64,000 bases of DNA from an uncultured Desulfosarcina sp. (GTDB taxonomy: Bacteria > Desulfobacterota > Desulfobacteria > Desulfobacterales > Desulfosarcinaceae): the NCBI GenBank assembly GCA_963674945.2, contig CAXXWQ010000003.1:1920001-1984000 (forward strand), read 5' to 3'. The notes under the pieces are model-generated. The model saw only the letters and a list, made by a program, of their open reading frames with translations, made no database searches and was not told the origin of the DNA. Shown piece by piece: positions 1 through 9,052 of the stretch (within the stretch, counting starts at the first letter, position 1; each line of letters opens with the position of its first letter). Position numbers and translations under genes: made by a program.

Positions 1-360
1 TATAAGGTGCGGCGTTTCAACTGGTTCGACTGGAAGTGGCCAAAACCATTGGATATGCAGCTCAATCCCTGGGTCACCGTACGGAGCAAGGGCGTCATGG
101 AGAAGTGCTCCTTTTGCATCCAGCGCATCAAACAGGCCCACAATATGGCCAAGAATGAAAAACGGGCCATCCGCGACGGTGAGATGGTACCGGCCTGCGC
201 CCAGACCTGTCCCACCGGCGCCATTGCCTTCGGCAGTCTCATGGACCCGGAAAGCCGGGTGAGCCGGATGATACAGGACCCGCGGGCCTATCAGGTGATG
301 GGGTATCTGAACACCAAGCCGGCGGTAATATACCTAAAAAAAGTAACGCAAGAGGTATAG
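1..360 (+). CDS. actB: Alternative complex III / Qrc-like Fe-S subunit (ActB/NrfC family), C-terminal part; 5' end outside the window
   Basis: NPWVTVRSKGVMEKCSFCIQRI...PACAQTCPTGAIAFG motifs typical of ActB/QrcC 4Fe-4S domains; directly upstream of an NrfD-family gene. Confidence 0.85.
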   Translation, partial: YKVRRFNWFDWKWPKPLDMQLNPWVTVRSKGVMEKCSFCIQRIKQAHNMAKNEKRAIRDGEMVPACAQTCPTGAIAFGSLMDPESRVSRMIQDPRAYQVMGYLNTKPAVIYLKKVTQEV

Positions 361-526
361 GCATGAGGAAAACGTTTCTGGACTGCGTTATCGGTCGTCG
401 CGGTATAACCGCATACAGCTTCCTCCCTATAGCCTTGCCAGAAACGCTTTCCTCCCGCCTATGAATACAGTTTTCGGTGGAAAGCGAAGAGAGGATTCCG
501 ACAACCAACAACGGAATGAACAAGGA

Positions 527-1846
527 ATGGAGCAAATACTCACTTACCAGACCATCGACGATACGGTTCTCGACACGTTGACGCCACCCAGGCGCAGCTA
601 CTGGCTGCTCGTCTCCCTGCTCTTCGCCGGAGTCCTCATGGGCGCTGCCTGCTGGATATATCAGATCCTGGTGGGCATCGGCGTGGGGGGCCAGAACAAC
701 CCGGTTCACTGGGGAACCTATCTGATCAATTTCGTATTCTGGGTGGGAATCGCCCATTCCGGAACATTGATCTCCGCCATCCTGCATCTGTTCAGGGCCG
801 GCTGGCGTAATCCCATTGCCCGGGCTGCGGAGACCATGACGGTGTTCGCCGTATGCACCGCCGGTCTGTTTCCCTTCATCCACCTGGGACGGGTATGGAT
901 GGTCTTTTACATGCTGCCCTTTCCCAATCAGCGCACCCTCTGGCCCAACTTTCAGAGTCCGCTCATGTTCGACGTGGTTGCCATCTCCACCTACCTGACG
1001 GTGAGCAGCCTCTTCTGGTACACCGGCATGCTTCCGGATCTTGCCATCATACGCGATCGGGCAGTGGGTGTGCGACGTAAGATCTTCACCGTCCTTTCCC
1101 TGGGATGGACCGCCGATTTCGAAATCTGGCGCCACTACGCACGCGGCTATCTTTTCTTCGCCGCCCTGGCCACCCCACTGGTCATCTCGGTACACAGCGT
1201 GGTCTCATGGGACTTCGCACTGGGGGTCGTCCCCGGATGGCACACCACCATCTTCGCACCGTACTTCGTGGCCGGCGCCATCCATTCGGGACTGGCCATG
1301 GTGCTCACTTTGATGATCCCGCTGCGAATCGTCTTCCACTACGAGGCGATCATCACCGACCGGGTCCTGGAGAGCGTCGCCAAAACAATCATCTTCACCG
1401 GCCTCATCGTCGGTTTTGCCTATGGGACCGAGCTGTTCATCGCCTGGTACAGCCACAATCCAGTGGAAATGGAGGCCTTCCGCTATCGGGCCTTCGGAGA
1501 CTACGCTCTGGAATACTATATCATGGTCGGCTGCAACGTGGTCGTTCCGCTTCTGCTCTTCTTCAAGCGCATCCGCACCAACATCCGCCTGCTTTTCATC
1601 ATCTCTTTGTTGGTCAACGTAGGCATGTGGTACGAGCGCTTCGTGATCATCATCGGTTCCGTGGCCCATGACTTTCTGCCCCATGCCTGGGGGCTCTACT
1701 CACCGAGCCTGATTGAATACGGCATCATGATCGGCAGCTTCTGCCTGTTTTTTTTCCTCTTCGTGCTCTTCGTCAAGCACATGCCGTCGGTCTCCATGAC
1801 CGAGATGAAAGAAACGCTTCACCAAGGAGACACCCATGCCGTCTGA
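527..1846 (+). CDS. actC: NrfD/PsrC-family quinol-oxidising membrane subunit of alternative complex III
   Basis: About 10 TM helices; WG.Y..NFVFWVGIAHSGTLISAIL, RAAETMT, WPNFQSPL, SVHSVVSWDFA motifs; ATG at 527 follows AAGGA. Confidence 0.9.
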   Translation: MEQILTYQTIDDTVLDTLTPPRRSYWLLVSLLFAGVLMGAACWIYQILVGIGVGGQNNPVHWGTYLINFVFWVGIAHSGTLISAILHLFRAGWRNPIARAAETMTVFAVCTAGLFPFIHLGRVWMVFYMLPFPNQRTLWPNFQSPLMFDVVAISTYLTVSSLFWYTGMLPDLAIIRDRAVGVRRKIFTVLSLGWTADFEIWRHYARGYLFFAALATPLVISVHSVVSWDFALGVVPGWHTTIFAPYFVAGAIHSGLAMVLTLMIPLRIVFHYEAIITDRVLESVAKTIIFTGLIVGFAYGTELFIAWYSHNPVEMEAFRYRAFGDYALEYYIMVGCNVVVPLLLFFKRIRTNIRLLFIISLLVNVGMWYERFVIIIGSVAHDFLPHAWGLYSPSLIEYGIMIGSFCLFFFLFVLFVKHMPSVSMTEMKETLHQGDTHAV

Positions 1847-2384
1847 CACGGTTTCCATCATGGGAATATTTTCCAATGAACACCATACCGCCGACGCCAT
1901 CGACGGCCTGCGTGAAACCCGGTGGGAAATCCAGCGTGTGCACAGCCCCATCCCCAGCCACACCATCGAGCAGGCCCTGGAACCACCCAGGAGCCGCGTC
2001 GGCTGGTTCACCCTGGCCGGCGGCATCATCGGATTCTTCACCGGCTTTGGATTGGCGGCGTTCACGGCCACGCGATGGTCCCTCATCGTCGGCGGGAAGC
2101 CGGTGGTGGCCCTGGTCCCCTTTTTCATCGTGGGATTCGAATTCACGATTCTCTTCGCCGTTTTCGGCAACGTTCTGGGTCTGATCTCCCAGGCCCGGCT
2201 ACCGCGATTCAAGACGCCCCCAGGGTACGACGCGTGTTTCACAGGGGATCGTTTTGGCGTGCTGGCCCGCTGCTTATCCGATGAAAAAGAAGAACTGACA
2301 CGATTTTTCAAGGAAAACGGCGCCGAAACAAAGGTCGTCGTCGACGGACAATCGCATCATGGATGGGAAGAAAACCATGTCTGA
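1836..2384 (+). CDS. actD: ACIII membrane subunit ActD (DUF3341)
   Basis: Two TM helices, HSPIP and GGKP...FEFTILFA motifs; overlaps the actC stop. Confidence 0.85.
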   Translation: MPSDTVSIMGIFSNEHHTADAIDGLRETRWEIQRVHSPIPSHTIEQALEPPRSRVGWFTLAGGIIGFFTGFGLAAFTATRWSLIVGGKPVVALVPFFIVGFEFTILFAVFGNVLGLISQARLPRFKTPPGYDACFTGDRFGVLARCLSDEKEELTRFFKENGAETKVVVDGQSHHGWEENHV

Positions 2385-3597
2385 GAACAATCAACGCCCC
2401 CTGGCATCGATGAAAATCTTTACCGGCCTTATAGCGGCCGGCGCACTGATTTTTATCGCCAGTGCCAGTGTCGGCGATCCGGCACGGGCCTGGCAGGCGT
2501 ACCTGCTCAATTTTCTCTTTTTCTCGGCCATCGCCCAGGGCGCAGTCGTTTTCTCGGCTCTGATGCACACGGTCAAAGCGCGCTGGAGCGGCCCCCTGGC
2601 CGACGTGGCCGAATCCTTCGCCGCCTTTTTCCCTGTTTCTCTGGTGCTCTTCTTGATTCTTTTTCTGGGGCGCCAATACGTTTTCCCCTGGCTGCATGAA
2701 GATCTTCACGGCAAAGAAGTCTGGCTCAACCTGCCCTTTCTTTTCGGCCGCGACCTGATCGCCCTGTGTCTTCTCTACGGTCTGGGACTGGCTTTTCTCT
2801 ACCACCGGCTCTACTTTTCCCTGAAGGCGAAGGGAGCAACCGGTACATTGGGCCGGCGCCTTTTACAACGGTGGGAGAAAAAAGCGGTGGATGAACAGAA
2901 AATGACCGACCGCACCACGGTTTTCGCCATTCTCTACCTGCTGGCCTTTACCCTGGTTCTCTCCCTGATCGGCTACGACCTGGTGATGGCCGCCGACCCA
3001 CACTGGTACTCGACCCTTTTCGGCGCCTACTGCTTCGTAAAATCCGTGTACATCGGCTTCGGCGCCCTGATCGTTCTCAGCGCGCTTTTACATATCAATG
3101 AAAAGAACGGTTATCACCTGGAGGAGAACCAGTTTCATGACATCGGCAAACTCTTTTTTGCCTTCTGCCTGGTGTGGGCCGATTTTTTCTATGCCCAGTT
3201 CGTGGTGATCTGGTATGGCAACATTCCCGAGGAAACCGCATACATCATCAAACGGACGATGATGGCCCCTTGGAATGCTCTGGCCTGGACGGTATTCATC
3301 GGCTGCTTCGTAGCCCCCTTTCTGATTCTGATCAATCGGCGGATCAAAACCCGGCCCAAAGCAATGACGGTGATCTGCCTTTTCGTCATGACCGGCATCT
3401 GGCTGGAGCACTGCCTGCTGCTGGGCCCGGCGTTTCACCACCATGCCGAACACCTGCCCCTGGGCTGGGTGGAAGTGGCCGTTGGGATCGGTTTCTTCGG
3501 ACTGCTGGCCGCCTCCGTGACCGCTTATCTGAAACGTTTCCCGGAAATACTCGACGGCAGGCAAAAAGAGAATACGCTGGCCGTCGAGGCCGGTTAG
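2377..3597 (+). CDS. actF: ACIII subunit ActF (second NrfD-like membrane subunit)
   Basis: Multi-TM protein; PHWYSTLFG, HDIGKL, QFVVIWYGNIPEE motifs. Confidence 0.85.
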   Translation: MSENNQRPLASMKIFTGLIAAGALIFIASASVGDPARAWQAYLLNFLFFSAIAQGAVVFSALMHTVKARWSGPLADVAESFAAFFPVSLVLFLILFLGRQYVFPWLHEDLHGKEVWLNLPFLFGRDLIALCLLYGLGLAFLYHRLYFSLKAKGATGTLGRRLLQRWEKKAVDEQKMTDRTTVFAILYLLAFTLVLSLIGYDLVMAADPHWYSTLFGAYCFVKSVYIGFGALIVLSALLHINEKNGYHLEENQFHDIGKLFFAFCLVWADFFYAQFVVIWYGNIPEETAYIIKRTMMAPWNALAWTVFIGCFVAPFLILINRRIKTRPKAMTVICLFVMTGIWLEHCLLLGPAFHHHAEHLPLGWVEVAVGIGFFGLLAASVTAYLKRFPEILDGRQKENTLAVEAG

Positions 3598-3680
3598 GGA
3601 AAAAATGGAATGATGTAACATAAGGATTTGGATCGAGGGGGTAGCGGATCTGAAAGGGTTTTTCCCTTCAGCCTCTAACC

Positions 3681-3826
3681 TAGTGTCTATCCAGAAATAG
3701 GAAAATTTGGTCGAGATCAAGGCGTGCGAAAAAATGTACCGGAGACATATGGTTGATATTTCGAGGATACAATTTTTCGCGCAACGCCGACATCGGGCAA
3801 ATTGGCCATTTCTGGATGGGGAATAA
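3681..3826. mobile_element. MITE-like element of about 145 bp with terminal inverted repeats
   Basis: CTATCCAGAAAT (3687-3698) versus ATTTCTGGATGG (3808-3819); internal inverted repeat GCGAAAAAAT/ATTTTTCGC; TA at both flanks. Confidence 0.65.
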
Positions 3827-3856
3827 CCTAACAACCTATACGCCTGAGCCCGTATT

Positions 3857-4486
3857 ATGGAAATTCTGATTACCTCCTTTTCGCTGCTTACCCTCACGGT
3901 GATCGTGATTCTCATCGTCACCCGGGGGCGGCCCATGCGATTTATCACCGCCTTCGGCGAAACCCTCGCGCACGTCTGGGAAAACCGTGGCCCGATGGTC
4001 TGGATCGTGGCATGCGCCCTTCTGGCACTGGGATTTCTCTTCTTTTTCTATGCCTCTCCGGCCACCCGAATCGGGGCGGCGCAACCGATTCCCTTCAGCC
4101 ATCGGCTCCATGCCGGACACAAGGCCATCGACTGCCGGTTTTGTCACTCCTATGTGGATAAATCGATCCATCCGGGAATGCCGGCCGTGGAAAAATGCCT
4201 GTTTTGCCATAATTACATCATCGCCAATCATCCACAGATTCAAAAGGAGCACGACTATTTCAACAGCGACACACCCACACCGTGGGTCAAGGTCTTTACA
4301 CTGGCCGAACACGTTATCTTCAACCACGAACGTCACATCAAAAAGGAGATCGCCTGTGAATCATGTCATGGCGAGGTGCGCGACATGGATCGTCTTAAAG
4401 GGACCCGATTCAAGATGGGATTTTGTATTGAGTGCCACCGGTCTCTGGAGGTCAATGTGGGGTGCTGGCTAGCATGTCATAATTGA
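3857..4486 (+). CDS. actA: Membrane-anchored pentaheme cytochrome c (ActA/QrcA-like)
   Basis: QPIPFSHRLH; CRFCH, CLFCH, CESCH, CIECH and CWLACH heme motifs; N-terminal hydrophobic helices. Confidence 0.8.
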   Translation: MEILITSFSLLTLTVIVILIVTRGRPMRFITAFGETLAHVWENRGPMVWIVACALLALGFLFFFYASPATRIGAAQPIPFSHRLHAGHKAIDCRFCHSYVDKSIHPGMPAVEKCLFCHNYIIANHPQIQKEHDYFNSDTPTPWVKVFTLAEHVIFNHERHIKKEIACESCHGEVRDMDRLKGTRFKMGFCIECHRSLEVNVGCWLACHN

Positions 4487-4543
4487 TTGGTGTGTAAAAT
4501 TCTTTGATAACGAATGGTTGAAGAAACAGAATAATATGAGTGT

Positions 4544-4649
4544 AGTGTTAAGTATTAAGTTTTACGTGTTAAGGGAATGTATTCTGTCGATTCAATACTA
4601 AAATCGACCCGATCCACAACTTAACACGTAAAACTTAACACTTAACACT
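4544..4649. repeat. 30-bp inverted repeat built from AGTGTTA-like heptamers, 46-nt spacer
   Basis: AGTGTTAAGTATTAAGTTTTACGTGTTAAG (4544-4573) versus CTTAACACGTAAAACTTAACACTTAACACT (4620-4649), 29/30 complementary. Confidence 0.9.
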
Positions 4650-4665
4650 TTTCAAGGAGCAACAT

Positions 4666-6036
4666 TTGTCCGCTGTAACTGAAAACATAGAAACAACCAA
4701 CACAACCGCCAAGGGATTCGCCCTGACATCCGCCTTCTGGATGATGGTGGCCACCTTTTACGGGCTTCTGGGCGCCACCGAACTGGTCGCACCGGATCTG
4801 ACCGCCAACATGGGCCCCATCGTCTTCGGACGCGTAAGGCCCACCCACGTCAACCTGGTGCTTTTCGGGTTCGTCACCCCGGGCCTGCTCTCGGCGGCCT
4901 TCTATTTTATTCCCCGGCTGCTACGAACCCGCCTCTATAGTGAGCGGCTGGGCGTGGTGACGGTCATCGCCTGGAACCTGGCCCTGATCGGCGCCGTGGC
5001 CAGCCTGGCCGCCGGCATGACCCAGGGTCGCGAATATGCCGAGTTGATCTGGCACCTGGATGTGATGATTGTGGCCGCCTTCGGCCTCGTGTTCATCAAC
5101 TTCATCATGACCGTCAAAAACCGCCAGGAACCGATCCTCTATGTTTCAGTGTGGTACGTACTTGCCGGCGTAATCCTCACCTTCAGCACCTTTGCCCTGG
5201 GAAACGTGATCTGGAAACCGAACAGCGGCGCCCTGATAGGCATCCCGGACGCCATCCTGCTGTGGTTTTACGGTCATAACGTCTTCGGCCTGCTCTTGAC
5301 GCCGCTTTCGGCGGCCGTGGCCTACTACGTGATTCCCCGCGCATGCAGGACCCCCCTTTACAGCCATACACTTTCCTTGTTGGGGTTCTGGGCCCTCATC
5401 GTAGTGTACACGCACATCGGCACCCATCACCTGCTGCAGGTGCCGGTACCCACCTGGCTCAAGGTCGTGGCCATCGTGGACAGCGTGGCCATGGTCATTC
5501 CGGTCATGGCCTTTCTCATCAACATCTGGTACACGGCCAAAGGCCGCCTGGGAGAAATCCACGCCGACATCGGTGCCAAATTCGTGTTCACCGGTACAAT
5601 CATGTATTTTTTCGTCAGCATTCAGGGATCACTCATGGCCTTGCCCGACGTCCAGCGGGTCACCCACTTCAACAACTGGGTCGTGGCCCACGCCCATATC
5701 GGCGTACTCGGCTTTGCCGGCATGATCGCATTGGGGGGGCTTTACTACACCGTTCCCAAAATATCGGGAAAGCCCCTGTTCAGCCGTTTTCTGGCCGATT
5801 TCCAGTATTGGATGGTATTGATCGGCATGGTCGGTTTCACCGTGGTGCTGACCATTGCCGGCCTGATCCAGGGGAACGCCTGGCTCAACGGTGAAACCGT
5901 CTACCGCGTCCTGCCGGAAATCCACGTCTACTATGTGGTGCGCGCTGGCCTGGGACTGATGATCTTCTCCAGTGCCGTGCTGGGGTTTTATAATATCGTT
6001 CGCTCATTGTTCGGAAAAACCGGAGCGTCATCATGA
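4666..6036 (+). CDS. ccoN: cbb3-type (C-family) heme-copper oxidase subunit I
   Basis: RVRPTHVN, WFYGHN, YTHIGTHH and AHAH His ligands; multi-TM; TTG start after AAGGAG. Confidence 0.9.
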   Translation: MSAVTENIETTNTTAKGFALTSAFWMMVATFYGLLGATELVAPDLTANMGPIVFGRVRPTHVNLVLFGFVTPGLLSAAFYFIPRLLRTRLYSERLGVVTVIAWNLALIGAVASLAAGMTQGREYAELIWHLDVMIVAAFGLVFINFIMTVKNRQEPILYVSVWYVLAGVILTFSTFALGNVIWKPNSGALIGIPDAILLWFYGHNVFGLLLTPLSAAVAYYVIPRACRTPLYSHTLSLLGFWALIVVYTHIGTHHLLQVPVPTWLKVVAIVDSVAMVIPVMAFLINIWYTAKGRLGEIHADIGAKFVFTGTIMYFFVSIQGSLMALPDVQRVTHFNNWVVAHAHIGVLGFAGMIALGGLYYTVPKISGKPLFSRFLADFQYWMVLIGMVGFTVVLTIAGLIQGNAWLNGETVYRVLPEIHVYYVVRAGLGLMIFSSAVLGFYNIVRSLFGKTGASS

Positions 6037-6968
6037 AAATGACACCCCTTTCCGTGGTCATTGGCTCGCTTTTGATCCTGGCCACCATCGTCTTCGTCGT
6101 CGTCCTGTTGCCCTATGTGCACACCAATCAGACGACGCCATCGGAAATCTTCCGCCAGCGATCCGACGAGGAAGCTGCGGGACGGAAACTTTACATCGCG
6201 AACGGATGCGTCTATTGCCACAGCCAGTCCATTCGTACCATCGACTGGGGACTGGGGGCCGAACGCATTGCCCAGGCAGGCGATTACGTGGCGGATCATC
6301 CGATTCTGCTCGGTTCCCAGCGCACCGGCCCGGATCTCTCCCAGGATGGCGGCGAGCATCCCGACGACTGGCACGTGGCCCACTTCGTCAACCCCCGCTA
6401 CACGCGGCCGCTTTCGATCATGCCGCCCTTCGAATTCCTCGGCAACGAGGGCATGAACCAGTTGATCCGTTACGTCCAGGGCCTGGGCATGAAAAATGCC
6501 GACCACCGCATGGAGCGCCAGGCTTTCTGGAAAGCGCAAGCCAGCGCGGCCTACGAGGCCGGACCGGATGCCAATGTGGCCTGGTTGAACGAGAACATAC
6601 CCAAAGGATGGCGGGACGTGCCCAATCCCTACCCCACCAGCGAGGCGGGATTGGCGCGGGGCCATAAGATCTACCAGGATTTCTGTCTGGGGTGCCACGG
6701 CCCGGTGGGCGACGGCATGGGACCGGCCCAGCCATACATCTACCCGCCGCCGCTCAATTTCACGATCCTGAAAAACCGAGAAATCAGCGGCGGGATTCTC
6801 TACTACCAGATCATGAACGGCATTACCGGTACGGCCATGCCCTACTTCAAGCGGGAACTGGAATCGGAGAAGATCTGGGACGTAGGCAATTATGTGGCAG
6901 TCTACTTTATCAACGACAGTGACGCCAATATGGAACCGAAGGGGATCGATGCCGCTTATGAGCCATAA
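6033..6968 (+). CDS. ccoO: cbb3 subunit II (CcoO) fused to a C-terminal class I cytochrome c domain
   Basis: GCVYCHSQSIR, GSQRTGPDL and SIMPPF (CcoO motifs), then a second CLGCH...GTAMPYF domain. Confidence 0.85.
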   Translation: MKMTPLSVVIGSLLILATIVFVVVLLPYVHTNQTTPSEIFRQRSDEEAAGRKLYIANGCVYCHSQSIRTIDWGLGAERIAQAGDYVADHPILLGSQRTGPDLSQDGGEHPDDWHVAHFVNPRYTRPLSIMPPFEFLGNEGMNQLIRYVQGLGMKNADHRMERQAFWKAQASAAYEAGPDANVAWLNENIPKGWRDVPNPYPTSEAGLARGHKIYQDFCLGCHGPVGDGMGPAQPYIYPPPLNFTILKNREISGGILYYQIMNGITGTAMPYFKRELESEKIWDVGNYVAVYFINDSDANMEPKGIDAAYEP

Positions 6969-6977
6969 GGCCAAGGA

Positions 6978-7260
6978 AGGTTGATAGGCTGAAGGCGTTT
7001 AGACTGAAGACAGACATGAACCGTGTTAGTATAATGATAATACGCGATTTCCACTTCAGCATTGCAGCACCTTCAGCCTTCTGCCTAAAACGTTAGACAC
7101 CTAACCTCATGCGTGATCACAAAAAAACTACGGGCATTTGAATCTGATCCGTTCTGTAAAAGCGAAACGCAAAGGAGAATAGACTGAGGGAAGACAACTG
7201 TGCTCAAGTGGGCAACAACCTGCCCCTTCAGCCTTCAACCTTCAGCCCAACAACCTAACC
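6978..7260. repeat. Two imperfect heptamer inverted-repeat units (GGCTGAA/TTCAGCC family) bracketing the relic
   Basis: AGGCTGAAGG..AGACTGAAG (about 6986-7009) pairs with CTTCAGC..CCTTCAGCCT (about 7054-7080); AGACTGAGGG (7181) pairs with CCTTCAGCCTTCAACCTTCAGCCCAACAACCTAACC (about 7225-7260). Confidence 0.65.
7109..7182 (+). pseudogene. Internally deleted relic of a four-helix-bundle (23S rRNA IVP/bAvd-like) gene
   Basis: ATG CGT GAT CAC AAA AAA (extra A) CTA CGG GCA TTT GAA reads MRDHKKLRAFE, joined to LIRSVKAKRKGE-stop; these match N- and C-termini recalled for deltaproteobacterial four-helix-bundle proteins. Confidence 0.6.
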
Positions 7261-7524
7261 ATGTACTATCCTTACTTCATCGCTTATATTGGAATCGGCC
7301 TGACCATCAGTCTGGCGGTCTTCTACTGGGCGTTTCGGACAGGTCAGTTCGGCGATCAGCAGCGGGCGCGCTATCTGCCGCTTAGAGACGATCACGATTC
7401 ACCGCCGGTAAAGGCAACCCGGTTCAACCGGATCGAGATCTACGGCCTTTTCATCCTGGCGATGGCAGGCGTGGGGGCAACGGCGGCGTTGTTGGCGTTC
7501 GCCCTATACTTTAGCAAACAATGA
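7261..7524 (+). CDS. ccoS: cbb3 oxidase assembly protein CcoS with an extra C-terminal TM helix
   Basis: TM helix followed by FYWAFRTGQFGD...RARYLPL motif. Confidence 0.8.
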   Translation: MYYPYFIAYIGIGLTISLAVFYWAFRTGQFGDQQRARYLPLRDDHDSPPVKATRFNRIEIYGLFILAMAGVGATAALLAFALYFSKQ

Positions 7525-7533
7525 GGAAAAACC

Positions 7534-7809
7534 ATGCGTTTTTTTGAACTGCTCAATTTTCAGCATACCATGGCCTGGGTCTTTCCCACGCTGATTTTCA
7601 TGGTGGTGTTCGGAGTGGGGTTGGCGTTTGCCCATCTTCACGGAAGGGACAGCGAAGAAAGACAAAAGCACATCACGGGTCGTTTTGCCGATGGCATCGA
7701 GGAGCGTGACGCACCGTACCCGTTAATAATGATTTTGATCATCGCCGGTATATTCATTTGGGGCTTTTTTTACATCGTCATGCACGGTGTATTGGGAGTA
7801 AAGATATAA
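7534..7809 (+). CDS. Small two-TM membrane protein, possible oxidase accessory subunit (CcoP N-terminus-like)
   Basis: RBS GAGG; two hydrophobic helices around FADGIEERDAPYP, which resembles the DGIEE.DNP.P motif of the CcoP N-terminus. Confidence 0.6.
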   Translation: MRFFELLNFQHTMAWVFPTLIFMVVFGVGLAFAHLHGRDSEERQKHITGRFADGIEERDAPYPLIMILIIAGIFIWGFFYIVMHGVLGVKI

Positions 7810-7810
7810 C

Positions 7811-8038
7811 ATGAATGAACAACACAATCACGATTCGCTTTTCAGAACCTGGGTCTGGCTCGGCATCATGCTTGGCATCATTTTGTTCAAAGGCTTTCTC
7901 GCCTTTACCGTGATTTCGGACATGGGGCAGCCGACCTGGGCGTATCGCCCGGTGAAAGATGTCCCGGCCGAATCGCCCTACGCCGTCTACCAGAGATTGC
8001 CCAATCCGCAACATATTCGAGGCGCCGGAGGAGAATAA
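7811..8038 (+). CDS. Small single-TM protein
   Basis: Tightly coupled in the operon; one hydrophobic helix. Confidence 0.6.
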   Translation: MNEQHNHDSLFRTWVWLGIMLGIILFKGFLAFTVISDMGQPTWAYRPVKDVPAESPYAVYQRLPNPQHIRGAGGE

Positions 8039-8556
8039 TGGTCCGCATACTGTCCGTTTTCCTGGTTGCCTGCACCGTGGGCCTTGCCGCGTGGGGATTG
8101 ATCACCACCTATGACGAGCTGATGCCCGTTGGCCGTATGTGGTGGACACCGGCCATCAAACCCCATGAAAACCCCATTCCGGTGATGGCGGCCGGCAGCG
8201 TGCCGGTCTCCGGTGGCGAGGCCTTGTTTCGTGCCGTAACGGTCGAAGATCTGAAACCGCCCTTTGATATGGCAGAACCCGCGGTGATCGATGCGGGAAA
8301 GACCGCCTACGGGTACTATTGTGTCCACTGTCATGGAAAAAATTTCGATGGCTATGGCACGGTGGGTCAAAGCTTCGCACCAAAACCCCGTGACCTGCGT
8401 GATGCCAAGGTGCAGGCCATGGCCGAAGGAAAATTGTTCAAGGAGATCAGTTTCGGTCTTCCGGATGGCCGTCAGCCAACGCTGGCCACCACGATCGCCC
8501 CGAATGATCGGTGGCGGGTCATTGCATATGTAAAGAGTCTCGGCCAGCGCGAATAA
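8038..8556 (+). CDS. Monoheme cytochrome c, ActE-like
   Basis: N-terminal TM/signal; M..TPAIKPHE..GSVP motif, CVHCH, DRWRVIAYVKSL. Confidence 0.75.
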   Translation: MVRILSVFLVACTVGLAAWGLITTYDELMPVGRMWWTPAIKPHENPIPVMAAGSVPVSGGEALFRAVTVEDLKPPFDMAEPAVIDAGKTAYGYYCVHCHGKNFDGYGTVGQSFAPKPRDLRDAKVQAMAEGKLFKEISFGLPDGRQPTLATTIAPNDRWRVIAYVKSLGQRE

Positions 8557-8557
8557 T

Positions 8558-8684
8558 GACGGCTTCGTAAAAAGTCCGATATCGGCGTTACACTTCGCCC
8601 CCTCGTCACTGCGACGTGTCCAACCATACGCCTCATTCCTCAAAGGCTCGCAAGCCTTGATCTCGAACTTTTTACGAAGCCGTC
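8558..8684. mobile_element. 127-bp MITE-like element with perfect 18-bp terminal inverted repeats
   Basis: GACGGCTTCGTAAAAAGT (8558-8575) versus ACTTTTTACGAAGCCGTC (8667-8684). Confidence 0.8.
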
Positions 8685-8729
8685 TGAAATCCGTAATATT
8701 CGGAGTTCAGGAATCTTCCCAAGCGGAGC

Positions 8730-8918
8730 GGACAGGATGATTTGATGACACTTTGCGCTGTTTGAGCCACTTAGGAGGCCGAAAATCGGCGCCTGGGATA
8801 GAGTGATGTTGGCGATGAAGCCATCGGAAACGATATTGTTTCGGTAGACGTTTGGAATGCGCCGATGTCAGGCATCCTTAGGGGCGAGTTCGCAAAGCGT
8901 CAGCAAATTATTCTGTTC
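8730..8918. repeat. Palindromic REP/MITE-like element with imperfect arms of about 28 bp
   Basis: GGACAGGATGATTTGATGACACTTTGCG versus CGCAAAGCGTCAGCAAATTATTCTGTTC; inner TGTTTGAGCC...GGCGAGTT motif. Confidence 0.55.
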
Positions 8919-9052
8919 GCGTAAACACGGATCCCGAAAATTAAAATATTATTCATCGTAACTCCAACAACGAATAATTGGATTGTGCATTTGTCCTCTA
9001 TCATTTCACATTTTCAGTCTGGCACAATAGCTCACACACACGATTCGATTCC

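Noticed and set aside
361..526. Heptamer inverted-repeat unit between actB and actC
   Set aside because: Only weak, degenerate similarity (GGTATAGGC versus CCTATAGCC/GCCTATG), not enough to call
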